The position numbers and the translations under genes are program-made. Of a stretch of DNA of 64,000 nt, positions 34,455 to 45,108 are shown piece after piece. Within the stretch, counting starts at the first letter, position 1. Every line of letters starts with the position of its first letter. Source of the stretch: a bacterium (GTDB taxonomy: Bacteria > Verrucomicrobiota > Kiritimatiellia > CAIKKV01 > CAITUY01); assembly GCA_037134355.1 (NCBI GenBank), contig JBAXMJ010000001.1:16951-80950 (forward strand), read 5' to 3'. The notes beneath the pieces are model-generated. The model saw only the letters and a list, made by a program, of their open reading frames with translations. It made no database searches and was not told the origin of the DNA.

Positions 34455-35732
34455 ATGAGTGAACCGACTAGTTACTCCGCACCGCGTGGCATGCGGGACT
34501 TTTACCCGGACGATATGGCCGTCCGGAACACGATCTTTGAGGCCTGGGCCCTAGCGGCACGCCGTTTCGGCTTCGAGCAATACGATGCCTGCGTCGTCGA
34601 AAGTCTGGAGCTGCTCAAGCGCAAGGGCGGCGAGGAAATCCAGGACCAGATTTACTGGTTCAAGGACAAAAGTGATCGGGAACTCGCGCTTCGGGCTGAG
34701 ATGACCCCCACCCTAGCCAGAATGATTGTCGCCAAACAGAACGAACTCACATTTCCTCTCAAGTGGTTTACCATCGCCCAATGCTTCCGCTACGAGCGAA
34801 TGACTCGCGGGCGCAAACGCGAACATTACCAGTGGAATCTGGATATCGTTGGCGAACCATCCGTCCTCGCTGAAGCGGAAGTGGTGATGGCCGCCGTGGA
34901 CGCACTGAAACAGCTTGGCCTGGGAAGCCAGGATGTCCACGTTCATGTGAACAGCCGGGCCGTCCTGTCGGATCTCCTCGCTAAACTTGGAATTCCCCGG
35001 GATCACCACGCCGCCACCTTCCTCGCACTGGACAAACGCGGAAAGATATCCGACGAGGAGATTGCCAAACTGCTGACCGGAGAGGGACTCACCCAGAGCA
35101 GCATTGACGCCACATTCAAGATTCTCAGTCTCACCACGCTGGAAAGCGTGATCGAGGCCCTCGGCGAGAGAACTCCGGCACTGGAGCATTTCCTGTCCTT
35201 CTTCAACCTCATGAAGCTCTACGGGGCCGGGGATAGTGTAACGTTCGACATCTCCGTCATCCGTGGCCTCGGGTATTACACTGGCATCGTCTTCGAAGGG
35301 TTCGATACAGGCAAAAGCCTCCGGGCCATCTTCGGCGGAGGCCGCTACGACAACTTGCTCGGCGACCTCGGTGGAAAGCCCATGACCGCCGTTGGCCTAG
35401 GCTTCGGAGATGTTGTCATCGCCGAATTGCTGGCGGAAAAGGCCAAACTTCCCCACCCGTCCGCCCGCAAGGATCTCGCCATCTCCTATATGGAAGACGC
35501 CCAGCGCGACACGGCTATCCGGCTGGCCAAGGCGATGCGCGGCGAAGGCTCCAACGTCGACATCGCCCTTCATCCAGAAAAGCCAAAACATTTCTTCGCC
35601 AGAACCGGAAAGACCGGTTTCCGAAGGGGAATTTATATCGGGCCGGACGATATAACGAAGGGAAACATCAGGATAAAGAACCTGCTGGACCGGACGGAAC
35701 AGGAAGTCGCATTATCTAGTCTGAACGCTTAA
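34455..35732 (+). CDS. hisS: Histidine--tRNA ligase
   Basis: 'APRGMRDFYPDDM' N-terminus, class II motifs. Confidence 0.9.
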   Translation: MSEPTSYSAPRGMRDFYPDDMAVRNTIFEAWALAARRFGFEQYDACVVESLELLKRKGGEEIQDQIYWFKDKSDRELALRAEMTPTLARMIVAKQNELTFPLKWFTIAQCFRYERMTRGRKREHYQWNLDIVGEPSVLAEAEVVMAAVDALKQLGLGSQDVHVHVNSRAVLSDLLAKLGIPRDHHAATFLALDKRGKISDEEIAKLLTGEGLTQSSIDATFKILSLTTLESVIEALGERTPALEHFLSFFNLMKLYGAGDSVTFDISVIRGLGYYTGIVFEGFDTGKSLRAIFGGGRYDNLLGDLGGKPMTAVGLGFGDVVIAELLAEKAKLPHPSARKDLAISYMEDAQRDTAIRLAKAMRGEGSNVDIALHPEKPKHFFARTGKTGFRRGIYIGPDDITKGNIRIKNLLDRTEQEVALSSLNA

Positions 35733-35737
35733 ACAAA

Positions 35738-35817
35738 CCCCTCACCCCAACCCTCTCCCCCAAGGGGCGAGGGAGGCGTCTTCCTCTCCCCTTGGGGGAG
35801 AGGATTGAGGTGAGGGG
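35738..35817. terminator. Long GC-rich palindrome (about 30-nt arms) after hisS; putative terminator
   Basis: CCCCTCACCCCAACCCTCTCCCCCAAGGGG...CCCCTTGGGGGAGAGGATTGAGGTGAGGGG. Confidence 0.45.
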
Positions 35818-35836
35818 ATTTAGCCAAAGGAAGTCC

Positions 35837-36469
35837 ATGAACATCATCCCCATCGTCGTTGGCGCCTTTCAAGTTAACTGTTACCTAGTCGCATCAGACA
35901 GCGGGCAGGCACTGGTGATTGATCCGGGCGAGGATGCCGGACAGATAGCCGTCGCCCTGCGTGAAAGGACACTGACGGTGGCCGCTTACCTGATCACCCA
36001 CGGGCATATGGATCACATTGGAGGATTGGAGGAACTGACCCGGCTATTCCCCGCCCCAGTGTCCATGCATCCCGCAGATGAGGTATGGGCCTTTAGTGCT
36101 GACAATAAAATGCTCCCTTACTACGACACTCCGGAGCGCCCGGTCGGAAAAATCCGTGCTCTAGTCGACGGACAGCCGGGTGACGACGGGGGCCTTCACT
36201 ACGAGATCATTACAACGCCGGGCCATTCTCCAGGTTGTGTTTGCTATTATTTTCCGGTCGAAAAAACCCTGTTTACCGGCGACACCCTGTTCAGCGGCTC
36301 TATCGGACGGACAGACTTCGAGGGAAGTGACGAGGCCCTGATGGAGAAATCCTTGCGTCGTTTGGCCCAATTGCCGGACGATACCCTGGTTTATCCCGGC
36401 CACGGCCCCCTCACCACAATCGAGCGGGAGAAGAAAAATAATCCGTTTCTGCGATTTCTGGCGCAGTAA
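35837..36469 (+). CDS. MBL-fold metallo-hydrolase (glyoxalase II-like)
   Basis: 'ITHGHMDHIGG' HxHxDH motif. Confidence 0.75.
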   Translation: MNIIPIVVGAFQVNCYLVASDSGQALVIDPGEDAGQIAVALRERTLTVAAYLITHGHMDHIGGLEELTRLFPAPVSMHPADEVWAFSADNKMLPYYDTPERPVGKIRALVDGQPGDDGGLHYEIITTPGHSPGCVCYYFPVEKTLFTGDTLFSGSIGRTDFEGSDEALMEKSLRRLAQLPDDTLVYPGHGPLTTIEREKKNNPFLRFLAQ

Positions 36470-36472
36470 GGC

Positions 36473-37252
36473 TTACGCATCGCGCTGGCGACGAATTTCG
36501 TAGCAGAAAATACCGGTGGCGACGGCCACATTCAGGGATCCAATTCGACCCATTTGCGGGATCTTGATCACGGCATCGCATTGTGAAAGCAGAACGGAAC
36601 GTGGCCCCACCCCCTCGTTTCCCATCAGCAACGCCGTCCCCTGAGTAAAATCATAAGCTGCGGCCACCCTCTCAGCCTTCTCGCTGGCGGCCACAACCCG
36701 GATGCCAGTTGCACGCAACCGGCCAACCAGCGCCTCCATGTCGCCTACCCTGACAATCGGGACCCGGTTTACCGCTCCGGCAGAACTCCTAACCACCATG
36801 CTGGTCACCCCGACCTGCCCGGTCTCACCAATAAACACGGCATTCGCGCCGAACACTTCAGCTGACCTGATAATTGCACCAAAATTATAGGGATCCTGAA
36901 TGCCGTCCAGAACAATGCAAAAAGGAAGTGAAGGAAATCCGGCCATGATCTGCGCTTCATCAGAATACGGAAAATCGGTCATCCGGGCCAGATACCCCTG
37001 ATGCTCCGTGGTGTGACACAACCGGGAAAGAACTTCAGGATCTTCAATGACGGGAACAATCCCTAAAGGGGCACAGAGGGTGCAAGCCTGGTCAAGACAA
37101 TCACGGGAAAGCTGTCGGGACAGATAGAGGTCCACAATCGACCACCGCCCCGCCTGCAGGGTCTCCACCACGGAGTTTCGGCCCCAGATCCAGCATTTCT
37201 GGTGACTACCGAGCAGTTTTTGCTTTCCCTTACCCCGGCTATGTCGCTCCAT
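36473..37252 (-). CDS. TrmH/SpoU-family RNA 2'-O-methyltransferase (RlmB-like)
   Basis: SpoU motifs 'LDGIQDPYNFGAIIRSA', 'GNEGVG'. Confidence 0.7.
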   Translation of the reverse strand: MERHSRGKGKQKLLGSHQKCWIWGRNSVVETLQAGRWSIVDLYLSRQLSRDCLDQACTLCAPLGIVPVIEDPEVLSRLCHTTEHQGYLARMTDFPYSDEAQIMAGFPSLPFCIVLDGIQDPYNFGAIIRSAEVFGANAVFIGETGQVGVTSMVVRSSAGAVNRVPIVRVGDMEALVGRLRATGIRVVAASEKAERVAAAYDFTQGTALLMGNEGVGPRSVLLSQCDAVIKIPQMGRIGSLNVAVATGIFCYEIRRQRDA

Positions 37253-37284
37253 GGCCCGCTTCCCTCTCTTTGCGCAAGGGAATA

Positions 37285-37896
37285 TTACCGGCGGGGCGCA
37301 GCGCCACCAAGCGCCGGGTCAATCAAGGGCATATCCTTAGCGAAGAATTCCTTTGCCGCAGTCACGACATCTTCCGTCAGGTCAGATTTGTTCCGGACAT
37401 ACAGGATGTTCGGACCGGCATAGACCACAACATCCAGTCCCCGCTTCTGGGCCACCTTGTTGATGAAAGGCTGCAGACGCTTCCGGAAGGTCGCCACCGC
37501 GCCCGCCTCAAACTGTTGCATCTGTCCCTGAATAGGCTGAATACCCTGCTGGAACATTTCATTGGAGGCCTTGATTTGGGCGGTAAGTTTATCCTTTTCC
37601 GCCTGGGTCTTGGCATCATCCATTTTATCCTTAAGAGACTTGATTCGCGTGTTGTAGGCCTGCAGCATGGCCGTTCCCTTGTTGTAAAACTCAGTCTTCT
37701 GGCGCTCCCTTTCGATTTTCTGGAGCATTCCCACATCCTTGAACACGCGATCCATGTCCACCACGGCAACCTTGTGCGGATTCATGAAAAACACGCTCCA
37801 GGCCAGCAACCCGACCAGCACCACCACATACATCACTTCGTACCAACGCACTTTTCGAGTCTCATTCATATCCATATAACTCCTTTTGAAATGCAA
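37285..37896 (-). CDS. OmpH/Skp-family periplasmic chaperone
   Basis: N-terminal TM or signal, long coiled-coil, Lys/Gln-rich. Confidence 0.5.
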   Translation of the reverse strand: MHFKRSYMDMNETRKVRWYEVMYVVVLVGLLAWSVFFMNPHKVAVVDMDRVFKDVGMLQKIERERQKTEFYNKGTAMLQAYNTRIKSLKDKMDDAKTQAEKDKLTAQIKASNEMFQQGIQPIQGQMQQFEAGAVATFRKRLQPFINKVAQKRGLDVVVYAGPNILYVRNKSDLTEDVVTAAKEFFAKDMPLIDPALGGAAPRR

Positions 37897-37990
37897 TGAT
37901 TAACACATGCTGTGACACGGAGGCAAACAACAAATCATGGAAAATCCCTTGACCTTTGCCGTCCACTCCGAACAATACCCTTCTTTTCCA

Positions 37991-38076
37991 GCCCGGGTGG
38001 CGAAATGGCAGACGCAAGGGACTTAAAATCCCTTATCCGCAAGGGTGTGTGGGTTCGAGTCCCACCCCGGGCACCA
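37991..38076 (+). tRNA. tRNA-Leu (anticodon TAA), long variable arm, CCA encoded
   Basis: Acceptor GCCCGGG/CCCGGGC, anticodon loop CTTAAAA, T-loop TTCGAGT. Confidence 0.85.
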
Positions 38077-38077
38077 C

Positions 38078-38299
38078 TTATTTCAATTGGGTAGCGAGTT
38101 GCTTGAGTTCATCCGGATCCAACGATTTTGCAAAGTCAGCATCCGCTTCAGCAAGAACTTGCCTAGCGGCACCGGGATCGCTTGATGCCTTCCGCAGACT
38201 CTTTACCTCGTCCGGCATCAGATCAACTTTTGTTCCATTCTTCTTGATAATCGAGCAGATACCCGTTTCCGGGCACAATTCAATGTTCAGCTTATCCAT
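38078..38299 (-). CDS. Small hypothetical protein downstream of rubrerythrin
   Basis: 73 aa from MDKLNIELCPETGICSI. Confidence 0.3.
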   Translation of the reverse strand: MDKLNIELCPETGICSIIKKNGTKVDLMPDEVKSLRKASSDPGAARQVLAEADADFAKSLDPDELKQLATQLK

Positions 38300-38350
38300 A
38301 ATATGTCCTTCCTTCTTGTTTCCCGTATCCGAACACAAACCCACCACCGT

Positions 38351-38887
38351 TCAATAATTCACAGGCACCAGTTCAAAGAAGGACTGGGGATGATCGCAAA
38401 CCGGGCACTTGGCCAGGGCCGCCGTTCCTTCATGGACAAACCCGCACTCCCGGCAACGCCACTTGACCTTTGCCTCTTTCTTGAACACTTTGCCCTCTTC
38501 CAGGTTTTTCAAAAGGGCCAGATAGCGTGCCTGATGTTCCTTTTCGATCTTGGCAATATTTTCAAACAGACGGGCGATGACATCAAACCCCTCGGCACGG
38601 GCCTCCTGGGCCATCCTTGGATACATCTGTGTCCATTCCTCATGCTCTCCGCCGGCCGCCGCCTTCAGGTTGGCCAGCGTGTCACCAATCCCGCTGAGCG
38701 CCTTGAAATGCAATTTGGCATGCGTCTTTTCCTGGTCAGCCGTCTCCAAAAAAACAGCCGCAATCTGCTCATAGCCCTCTTTCTTGGCAACCGAGGCGAA
38801 ATAGGTGTACTTGTTTCGCGCCTGCGATTCTCCTGCGAACGCGTCCTGCAGATTCTTTTCTGTTTTCGAACCAATTAATTCTGTCAT
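38351..38887 (-). CDS. rbr: Rubrerythrin
   Basis: Diiron ferritin-like domain plus C-terminal rubredoxin-like 'CRECGFVH...CPVCDHP'. Confidence 0.85.
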   Translation of the reverse strand: MTELIGSKTEKNLQDAFAGESQARNKYTYFASVAKKEGYEQIAAVFLETADQEKTHAKLHFKALSGIGDTLANLKAAAGGEHEEWTQMYPRMAQEARAEGFDVIARLFENIAKIEKEHQARYLALLKNLEEGKVFKKEAKVKWRCRECGFVHEGTAALAKCPVCDHPQSFFELVPVNY

Positions 38888-38985
38888 AACAGTTCCTCCT
38901 TTATTTTTATGATGTAAGACTCTACAACGAACTTTGAAATTTGTGAACACTAGAGAATTAAAATAAGATATTATCACGCTAATCT

Positions 38986-39909
38986 ATGGACCTGAAAGAA
39001 CAGATCAAGTCACTTGCCTCAGACCTCGGCTATCACGCCTGCGGAATCGCCGGCGTGCATCCCTTTGAGGATTATCGGGCCAGCATTCATGAACTCACAC
39101 AACGTTTCCCGGAATCAGCGGAACTGTGTCGTCGCATGGAACGGCGTGTAGAACCCCTAAGCATGAATCCCTGGGCCAGATCCATCGTGGTCTGCGTTCG
39201 TCGCTACGGGAAATATGCCATCCCTGAATCGGTAGCCAACCATATCGGACGCAACTACCTTTGCGACCGGCGGATCAAGGACTGCCCCGACACCACGATG
39301 CCGAAGCGGATGAAAGACGGCATGGCGGCCTTGGGAATTCGGGTTCGAACCGGCGGGGTCCCATCCCGCGAAGCCGCCGTACGGGCGGGAGTCGTCCAAA
39401 TCGGAAAAAACGGGTTTGCCTACGCGCCAGGATGCGGATCCTGGATCAATATCGAGGCCTGGATGATCGATGCCGCCCTGGAGCCTGACACCTCCTCCTC
39501 GCCACTTGCCTGCCCTGAGGGATGCCATGCCTGCCTAGACGCCTGCCGCACCAAGGCTCTTGTGGAACCCTACGTCACCCGTATCCATCACTGCATCGCT
39601 TATCTGACCTATGAGGCTCCGGAACCGATATCCCCGGAACTGGAATCAAGAATGAACCCCTGGATCTACGGGTGCGACGATTGCCAGCGGGCATGCCCCA
39701 TGAACCAGGGCCAGTGGAGCAATCTCGAACCTGCGCCTTGGATAACAGGGGTTGCCGATGCCTTAACCCCTGCGGCGCTCGCCGTCATGGATCAGGACAC
39801 TTATGCCAAGGTGGTTCATCCCCTCTTCGGCTATATCCCGTTGAACAATCTCGACCGATGGCACGCGAATGCCCGAAGGGCGTTAAAGCCCGTTGGCCCG
39901 CTTGGCTGA
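38986..39909 (+). CDS. queG: Epoxyqueuosine reductase QueG-like (DUF1730 plus 2x[4Fe-4S]), short form
   Basis: '[17 protein letters not shown]' and '[10 protein letters not shown]...[13 protein letters not shown]' match QueG Fe-S motifs. Confidence 0.65.
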   Translation: MDLKEQIKSLASDLGYHACGIAGVHPFEDYRASIHELTQRFPESAELCRRMERRVEPLSMNPWARSIVVCVRRYGKYAIPESVANHIGRNYLCDRRIKDCPDTTMPKRMKDGMAALGIRVRTGGVPSREAAVRAGVVQIGKNGFAYAPGCGSWINIEAWMIDAALEPDTSSSPLACPEGCHACLDACRTKALVEPYVTRIHHCIAYLTYEAPEPISPELESRMNPWIYGCDDCQRACPMNQGQWSNLEPAPWITGVADALTPAALAVMDQDTYAKVVHPLFGYIPLNNLDRWHANARRALKPVGPLG

Positions 39910-40767
39910 TTCGACGGTATTGTACAGGAGCATCGTGATGGTCATAGGGCCGACTCCGCCGGGAACTGGGGTAATCAGAGAAGCTTTCGCCTTGCAGGCC
40001 TCAAAATCTACATCACCAACCAACCGGAAGCCCGCCTTCTTTGTAGCGTCCTCAATTCGATTGACGCCCACGTCAATCACCACAGCACCATCCTTGATCA
40101 TATCGGCGGTCACGGTGTTGGGCCGTCCGGCCGCGGCAATCACGATGTCCGCCTGCCGGGTATGATAACCGATGTCTTTCGTCTTCGTATGACAGACCGT
40201 CACCGTCGCATTGGCCATCTTCCCCTTGGCCATGAGCAGATTTGCCAGAGGCTTTCCCACAATATTGCTACGCCCTACAATAACGACATGCGCTCCCTCA
40301 ATTTTGACACCGCTTCGAGCCATCATCTGCAACACGCCATGCGGGGTGCACGGCAGAAACGCCTTTTCACCCACCACCATCCGCCCGACATTCAGCGGAT
40401 GGAACCCGTCCACATCCTTGTCCGGATCAATGGCAAGGAGCACTTCACTCTCATTCAGGTGCTTGGGAAGCGGAAGCTGGACGAGAATCCCATTGATCTT
40501 GGGATTCGCATTCATCGCCGCGATCAGGGCCAGAAGTTCCACCTGAGTCGTAGTCGCCGGAAGACGATTGTCATTCGAAAAAATACCGATTTCATGACAC
40601 GCTTTTTCCTTGGCTGTAACATAGGATCGGGATGCTGGATCTTCCCCGACCAGGATAACACCCAGGCCCGGAACTATACCCAGCGTCTTGAGGTTCTGAA
40701 TTTCCGTCGCCAGTTCATCCCGGATCTGCTGGGCAATCTCTTTTCCATCAATGTTTTTCGCAGTCAT
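39883..40767 (-). CDS. folD: Bifunctional methylene-THF dehydrogenase/methenyl-THF cyclohydrolase
   Basis: 'YVTAKEKAC...GILVQLPLP' signatures. Confidence 0.9.
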   Translation of the reverse strand: MTAKNIDGKEIAQQIRDELATEIQNLKTLGIVPGLGVILVGEDPASRSYVTAKEKACHEIGIFSNDNRLPATTTQVELLALIAAMNANPKINGILVQLPLPKHLNESEVLLAIDPDKDVDGFHPLNVGRMVVGEKAFLPCTPHGVLQMMARSGVKIEGAHVVIVGRSNIVGKPLANLLMAKGKMANATVTVCHTKTKDIGYHTRQADIVIAAAGRPNTVTADMIKDGAVVIDVGVNRIEDATKKAGFRLVGDVDFEACKAKASLITPVPGGVGPMTITMLLYNTVESAKRANGL

Positions 40768-40807
40768 AATACTCCTTAATATATGAATTCCAGAAAAGCG
40801 CCGAAAA

Positions 40808-43507
40808 TTATCCTAGCATTTCCAGGAGACGTTTTGTTTTGAGATACTTTTCCTGAAGGTCCTGGCGAGATTTTTCAAACTGCGCCACGACCTCAGGCTT
40901 TGCCTTGCTGATGAAGGCCTGGTTATTGAGCTTCTGGTTGGCTCGCTCCAAGTGCCCGCCAAATTCCTCGAGTTGTTTGGTCAACTTGGCGGACTCCGCC
41001 TTGGCATCAATCAACCCCTCAATAGGCATATAAATCGTTCCTATTCCGGTCAGCGTGCCTGGCATAGCCGTACTCGGCGTGAAGGTTTCGTCGATGGTCA
41101 TCCCCCCTGCCTTGAGCATGGCCTTCAGCGTGGCCGTATCGGCTTTCAGCCAGGCGGCGAGCACAGCCGAATTGGGTTTAATGATGTAGTCAATCTTCTG
41201 GCCCGGGGCAATCCCGCAATCGGTTCGAAGCATCCGGCCAGCCCGTATCAATTCATGGCGGGCATCAACATACCCGACCCGATCCGAAGTCGCGCCCCAT
41301 TGCGCCAGTTCGGCCGTCAGAGGTTTAGGCCATGGTGCGGTCATGATCGTCTCGTCATCCGCCCCGTAGCCCATGCCATGCCAGAGTTCCTCGGTCAGGT
41401 GCGGCATGAAGGGATGAAGCAGACGTAACGCCGTGGAAAAGGCGTAATGCATGACCTTGAGGACTTCCACGCGACGGGCAGGATCCTGACCGTAGAGCAC
41501 ATCCTTGGAGTATTCCACATACCAGTCGCAGTACTCGTGCCAGATAAACCCGTATAAGTCCTGAGACGCGTCATTAAATCGAAACCGTGTCAGGTTTTCG
41601 GTACAGGACTCGGTAGCCCGGCTCAGCTTGGCCAGAATATGGAGATCATCAGCACTTAACAGGGTGGGATCAAGAGCGGGAACAAGGGCGGATGGGCGGG
41701 CTCCGGGGACAACTCCTTCCCCTTTCTCCTGCATCTGCATGTAGCGGGCGGCATTCCATATCTTGGTGCCGAAATTCCGCCCGATTTCAAACTTATCGTT
41801 CGACAGGAACACATCCTGCCCCGTAGCCGTAATCATCATGAGGCTATAGCGGAGCGCATCGGCGCTATACTCGTCAATGATGGTGAGCGGATCGATAGAG
41901 TTCCCGAGACTCTTGCTCATCTTGCGACCTTTATCATCGCGCACCGTTCCATGGATGTAGACCTCCCGGAAGGGAATATCGCCCATGAACTCAATGCCTG
42001 CCATAACCATGCGGGCCACCCAGAAAAAAATGATCTCCGATGCCGTAACCAGCGTGTTGCCGGGATAATAGAGCTTAAGATCGGGATTGTCCTGCGGCCA
42101 ACCAAAGGTGCTGAACGGCCATAACCAGGAGGAAAACCAGGTATCCAGAACATCCTCATCCTGCCGGATTGTGGTCGCCTTGCACTTAGGACAATCCACC
42201 TGTTTTCCGCGCCCGGCCCACTGATGGTTGCAGGCGTCGCAATAATACACAGGAATACGGTGCCCCCACCAAATCTGTCTGGAAATACACCAATCCCGGA
42301 TATTCGTCATCCATTCGACATAAACCTTGTTCCAGCGTTCCGGGACAAACTTGATCCGTCCATCCTGAACCGCCTGGAGTGCGGGTCCGGCAAGAGGCTT
42401 CATGCTGACAAACCACTGAAGAGAAAGGCGCGGCTCGACCACCGTATCGCACCGGTAGCAATGCCCCACCGCATGCTGATGGGGATCGATTTTTTCAATC
42501 AAGCCGGCGGCCGTCAGGTCGGTGATAATCCGTTTCCGGCATTCAAAACGATCCAGCCCGGCATAGGGACCCGCGCCCTCGTTCATCGAGCCGTCCTGAT
42601 TCATCACATTGATAGGGGTCAGGCTATGTCGGCGCCCCATCTCGAAATCGTTAGGGTCATGAGCTGGTGTTACCTTGACAGCACCGGTTCCGAAGGCGGG
42701 ATCCACAAAATCATCGGCAATGACAGGCAATTCGCGGTGCAGAACCGGAAGACTCAGGGTCTTTCCGATCAACGCCTTATACCGGTCATCCTTCGGACTG
42801 ACGGCCACCGCTACATCGCCCAACAGCGTTTCTGGCCGGGTTGTCGCCACCACCACAAACTCGCTGGCAGTCAACTTGCCGTCACGTTTGACGGGGTACC
42901 GGATATAATAGAGCTTGCCGGTGGTGTCCTGATGTTCACTCTCCTCATCCGACAAGGCTGTATGGCAGCGCGGGCACCAGTTGGTGATATAGTTGGCGCG
43001 GTAGATCAGGCCTTTGTCATACAACCGGCAGAACACTTCCTCGACCGCCTGGCTTAGGCCGGCGTCCATGGTGAAGCGCTCCCGCTCCCAGTCACAGGAG
43101 GCTCCGAGGCGCTTGAGCTGGCGAACAATCGTCCCGCCATATTCTTCCTTCCATTCCCACACCTTGCCGACAAACGCCTCGCGTCCGAGGTCATGACGGG
43201 TCTTACCCTCCTTGCGCAAGGCGCGTTCGACCACATTCTGGGTGGCAATTCCGGCATGATCCGTACCCGGCATCCACACCGTATTTTTGCCATCCATGCG
43301 TTGCCATCGGACCAGGATATCCTGAATGGTGTTGTTCAGTGCATGACCAATGTGAAGAATGCCCGTGACATTAGGGGGGGGGATTACGATGCAATAGGGC
43401 GTGCCGCCACGGGCCGCGTCCCCATGAAAACATCCCTTTTCCTGCCACCAGTTATACCAGCGGGTCTCAACGGTCTTCGAATCGTACTGCTTTTCCAGTT
43501 CTTTCAT
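40808..43507 (-). CDS. valS: Valine--tRNA ligase
   Basis: '[15 protein letters not shown]' HIGH motif and 'KMSKS'; C-terminal coiled coil. Confidence 0.9.
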   Translation of the reverse strand: MKELEKQYDSKTVETRWYNWWQEKGCFHGDAARGGTPYCIVIPPPNVTGILHIGHALNNTIQDILVRWQRMDGKNTVWMPGTDHAGIATQNVVERALRKEGKTRHDLGREAFVGKVWEWKEEYGGTIVRQLKRLGASCDWERERFTMDAGLSQAVEEVFCRLYDKGLIYRANYITNWCPRCHTALSDEESEHQDTTGKLYYIRYPVKRDGKLTASEFVVVATTRPETLLGDVAVAVSPKDDRYKALIGKTLSLPVLHRELPVIADDFVDPAFGTGAVKVTPAHDPNDFEMGRRHSLTPINVMNQDGSMNEGAGPYAGLDRFECRKRIITDLTAAGLIEKIDPHQHAVGHCYRCDTVVEPRLSLQWFVSMKPLAGPALQAVQDGRIKFVPERWNKVYVEWMTNIRDWCISRQIWWGHRIPVYYCDACNHQWAGRGKQVDCPKCKATTIRQDEDVLDTWFSSWLWPFSTFGWPQDNPDLKLYYPGNTLVTASEIIFFWVARMVMAGIEFMGDIPFREVYIHGTVRDDKGRKMSKSLGNSIDPLTIIDEYSADALRYSLMMITATGQDVFLSNDKFEIGRNFGTKIWNAARYMQMQEKGEGVVPGARPSALVPALDPTLLSADDLHILAKLSRATESCTENLTRFRFNDASQDLYGFIWHEYCDWYVEYSKDVLYGQDPARRVEVLKVMHYAFSTALRLLHPFMPHLTEELWHGMGYGADDETIMTAPWPKPLTAELAQWGATSDRVGYVDARHELIRAGRMLRTDCGIAPGQKIDYIIKPNSAVLAAWLKADTATLKAMLKAGGMTIDETFTPSTAMPGTLTGIGTIYMPIEGLIDAKAESAKLTKQLEEFGGHLERANQKLNNQAFISKAKPEVVAQFEKSRQDLQEKYLKTKRLLEMLG

Positions 43508-45108
43508 TTTTCCTCTTCCCGGAACAGCTTGTACTCCACACTATCCACAAGGGCCTCCCACGAGGCTTCAATGATGTTGCCTGAAACACCGACCGTGCCC
43601 CAGTGCTGTTCACCATCACTCGACTCAATGATTACCCGTGTTTTGGCCGCGGTGGCTTCCTCGGGATCGAGAATGCGAACCCGGAAATCGGTCAGGAACA
43701 CTTTTTCAATCTCTGGATAAAACCGGGTCAACGCATTCCGCAGGGCGCGATCCAGAGCGTTAACAGGCCCATCTCCCTCAGCCACGCCGTGTTCCACCTC
43801 TTTCCCGACGCGAACCTTGACGCTCGCTTCCGAAACACAGGGCTTGTCCTTGCCGTTTTTTTCAATGACGACCCGGAACCCCTCCAATTCGAAAAACGGC
43901 TTATGCTTGCGTAGCACCTTTTGCACGAGAATCCGAAACGAGGCATCCGCCGCCTCATATGAATACCCCTGCTTCTCCAGTGCCTTCAGCGCCTCGAGGA
44001 TCTCCTTCACTTCGGGAGATGATTTCTTGAGATCCATGCCCAGTTCGATGGCCTTCAGCAGGACGCTACTCGACCCAGACCCATCAGAAATGAGAATGTG
44101 GCGCTCATTCCCCACGCTTTCCGGAAGAATGTGCTCAAAACTGCGGGGGTTTTTCTGAACCGCATTCACATGCATACCTGCCTTGTGCGAAAAGGCGCTG
44201 GCACCAACATAAGGTGACTTGCCGTCATGCCGCAGGTTCACCAGATCGTCCACAAACAACGACAGGTTACGCAACTGCTTCAAGGATCCGTCGGGAACGG
44301 CACGGCAGCCCATTTTTAATTCCAGTGCGGGAATAATAGAACACAGATTCGCGTTTCCGGTTCGCTCGCCATACCCGTTAATGGTTCCCTGAACCTGAAT
44401 GGCACCAGCCCGAATAGCCTCCAAACTGTTGGCCACAGCAAGCCCGGAATCGTTATGGGTATGAATCCCGACCGGAATGGGGAATGCCTTCACGACCTCG
44501 GCGGTAATGCCAAACACCTCATGGGAAAGCGAGCCGCCATTGGTATCACACAGAACAATCGAATCGGCCCCGGCGTCTACCGCCGCCTTAAGCACATCTA
44601 AAGCGAAGGAGGGACTGTCTTTGTATCCATCAAAGAAATGCTCCGCGTCAAATATCACTTCCCTGCCCTGCTGCTTGAGGTACTGAACCGTTTCAAAAAC
44701 CATTCGCCGATTCTCCGCAGTCGAGGTGCGCAATACATCGGTAACATGCAGTTGCCAGGTTTTTCCGAAAATTGTGACCACCGGTGTCTTTGCCTCGATC
44801 AGGCGCAGGACATTATCATCCTCCCCCACCGCGATATCCGCCCGACGGGTACTTCCGAAGGCGGCAATTTTGGCATGGCGCAGGGTCTGCTTCCTGATTT
44901 CATGAAAAAACTCCATGTCCTTGGGATTGGAACCGGCATAGCCACCCTCAATATAATCCACGCCGAACTCGTCCAGCTTCAGCGCCACCTGGATCTTGGA
45001 GGATCCGGAGAACGAGATCCCCTCCCCCTGCGAACCATCCCGCAGGGTGGTGTCATAGATAAAAACTTTTTTCCGCTGGTTCATGCTGTACCGCCCGGAT
45101 TGTCTCAT
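43504..45108 (-). CDS. cimA: Citramalate synthase / 2-isopropylmalate synthase family (CimA-like)
   Basis: 'IYDTTLRDGSQGEG' HMGL-like N-terminus, LeuA dimerisation C-domain; about 525 aa. Confidence 0.75.
   Translation of the reverse strand: MRQSGRYSMNQRKKVFIYDTTLRDGSQGEGISFSGSSKIQVALKLDEFGVDYIEGGYAGSNPKDMEFFHEIRKQTLRHAKIAAFGSTRRADIAVGEDDNVLRLIEAKTPVVTIFGKTWQLHVTDVLRTSTAENRRMVFETVQYLKQQGREVIFDAEHFFDGYKDSPSFALDVLKAAVDAGADSIVLCDTNGGSLSHEVFGITAEVVKAFPIPVGIHTHNDSGLAVANSLEAIRAGAIQVQGTINGYGERTGNANLCSIIPALELKMGCRAVPDGSLKQLRNLSLFVDDLVNLRHDGKSPYVGASAFSHKAGMHVNAVQKNPRSFEHILPESVGNERHILISDGSGSSSVLLKAIELGMDLKKSSPEVKEILEALKALEKQGYSYEAADASFRILVQKVLRKHKPFFELEGFRVVIEKNGKDKPCVSEASVKVRVGKEVEHGVAEGDGPVNALDRALRNALTRFYPEIEKVFLTDFRVRILDPEEATAAKTRVIIESSDGEQHWGTVGVSGNIIEASWEALVDSVEYKLFREEEK

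Noticed and set aside
16444-38076. Integrase or prophage insertion at tRNA-Asp or tRNA-Leu
   Set aside because: Both tRNAs are flanked by housekeeping genes (uppP/pilT; skp/rubrerythrin). No integrase or direct repeats of the tRNA 3' end were found.
39850-39870. TGGCACgcgaaTGCC sigma-54-like site at the 3' end of the QueG-like gene
   Set aside because: The -12 element is TGCC, not TTGC. It lies inside a CDS with a convergent gene downstream, so there is no plausible target.
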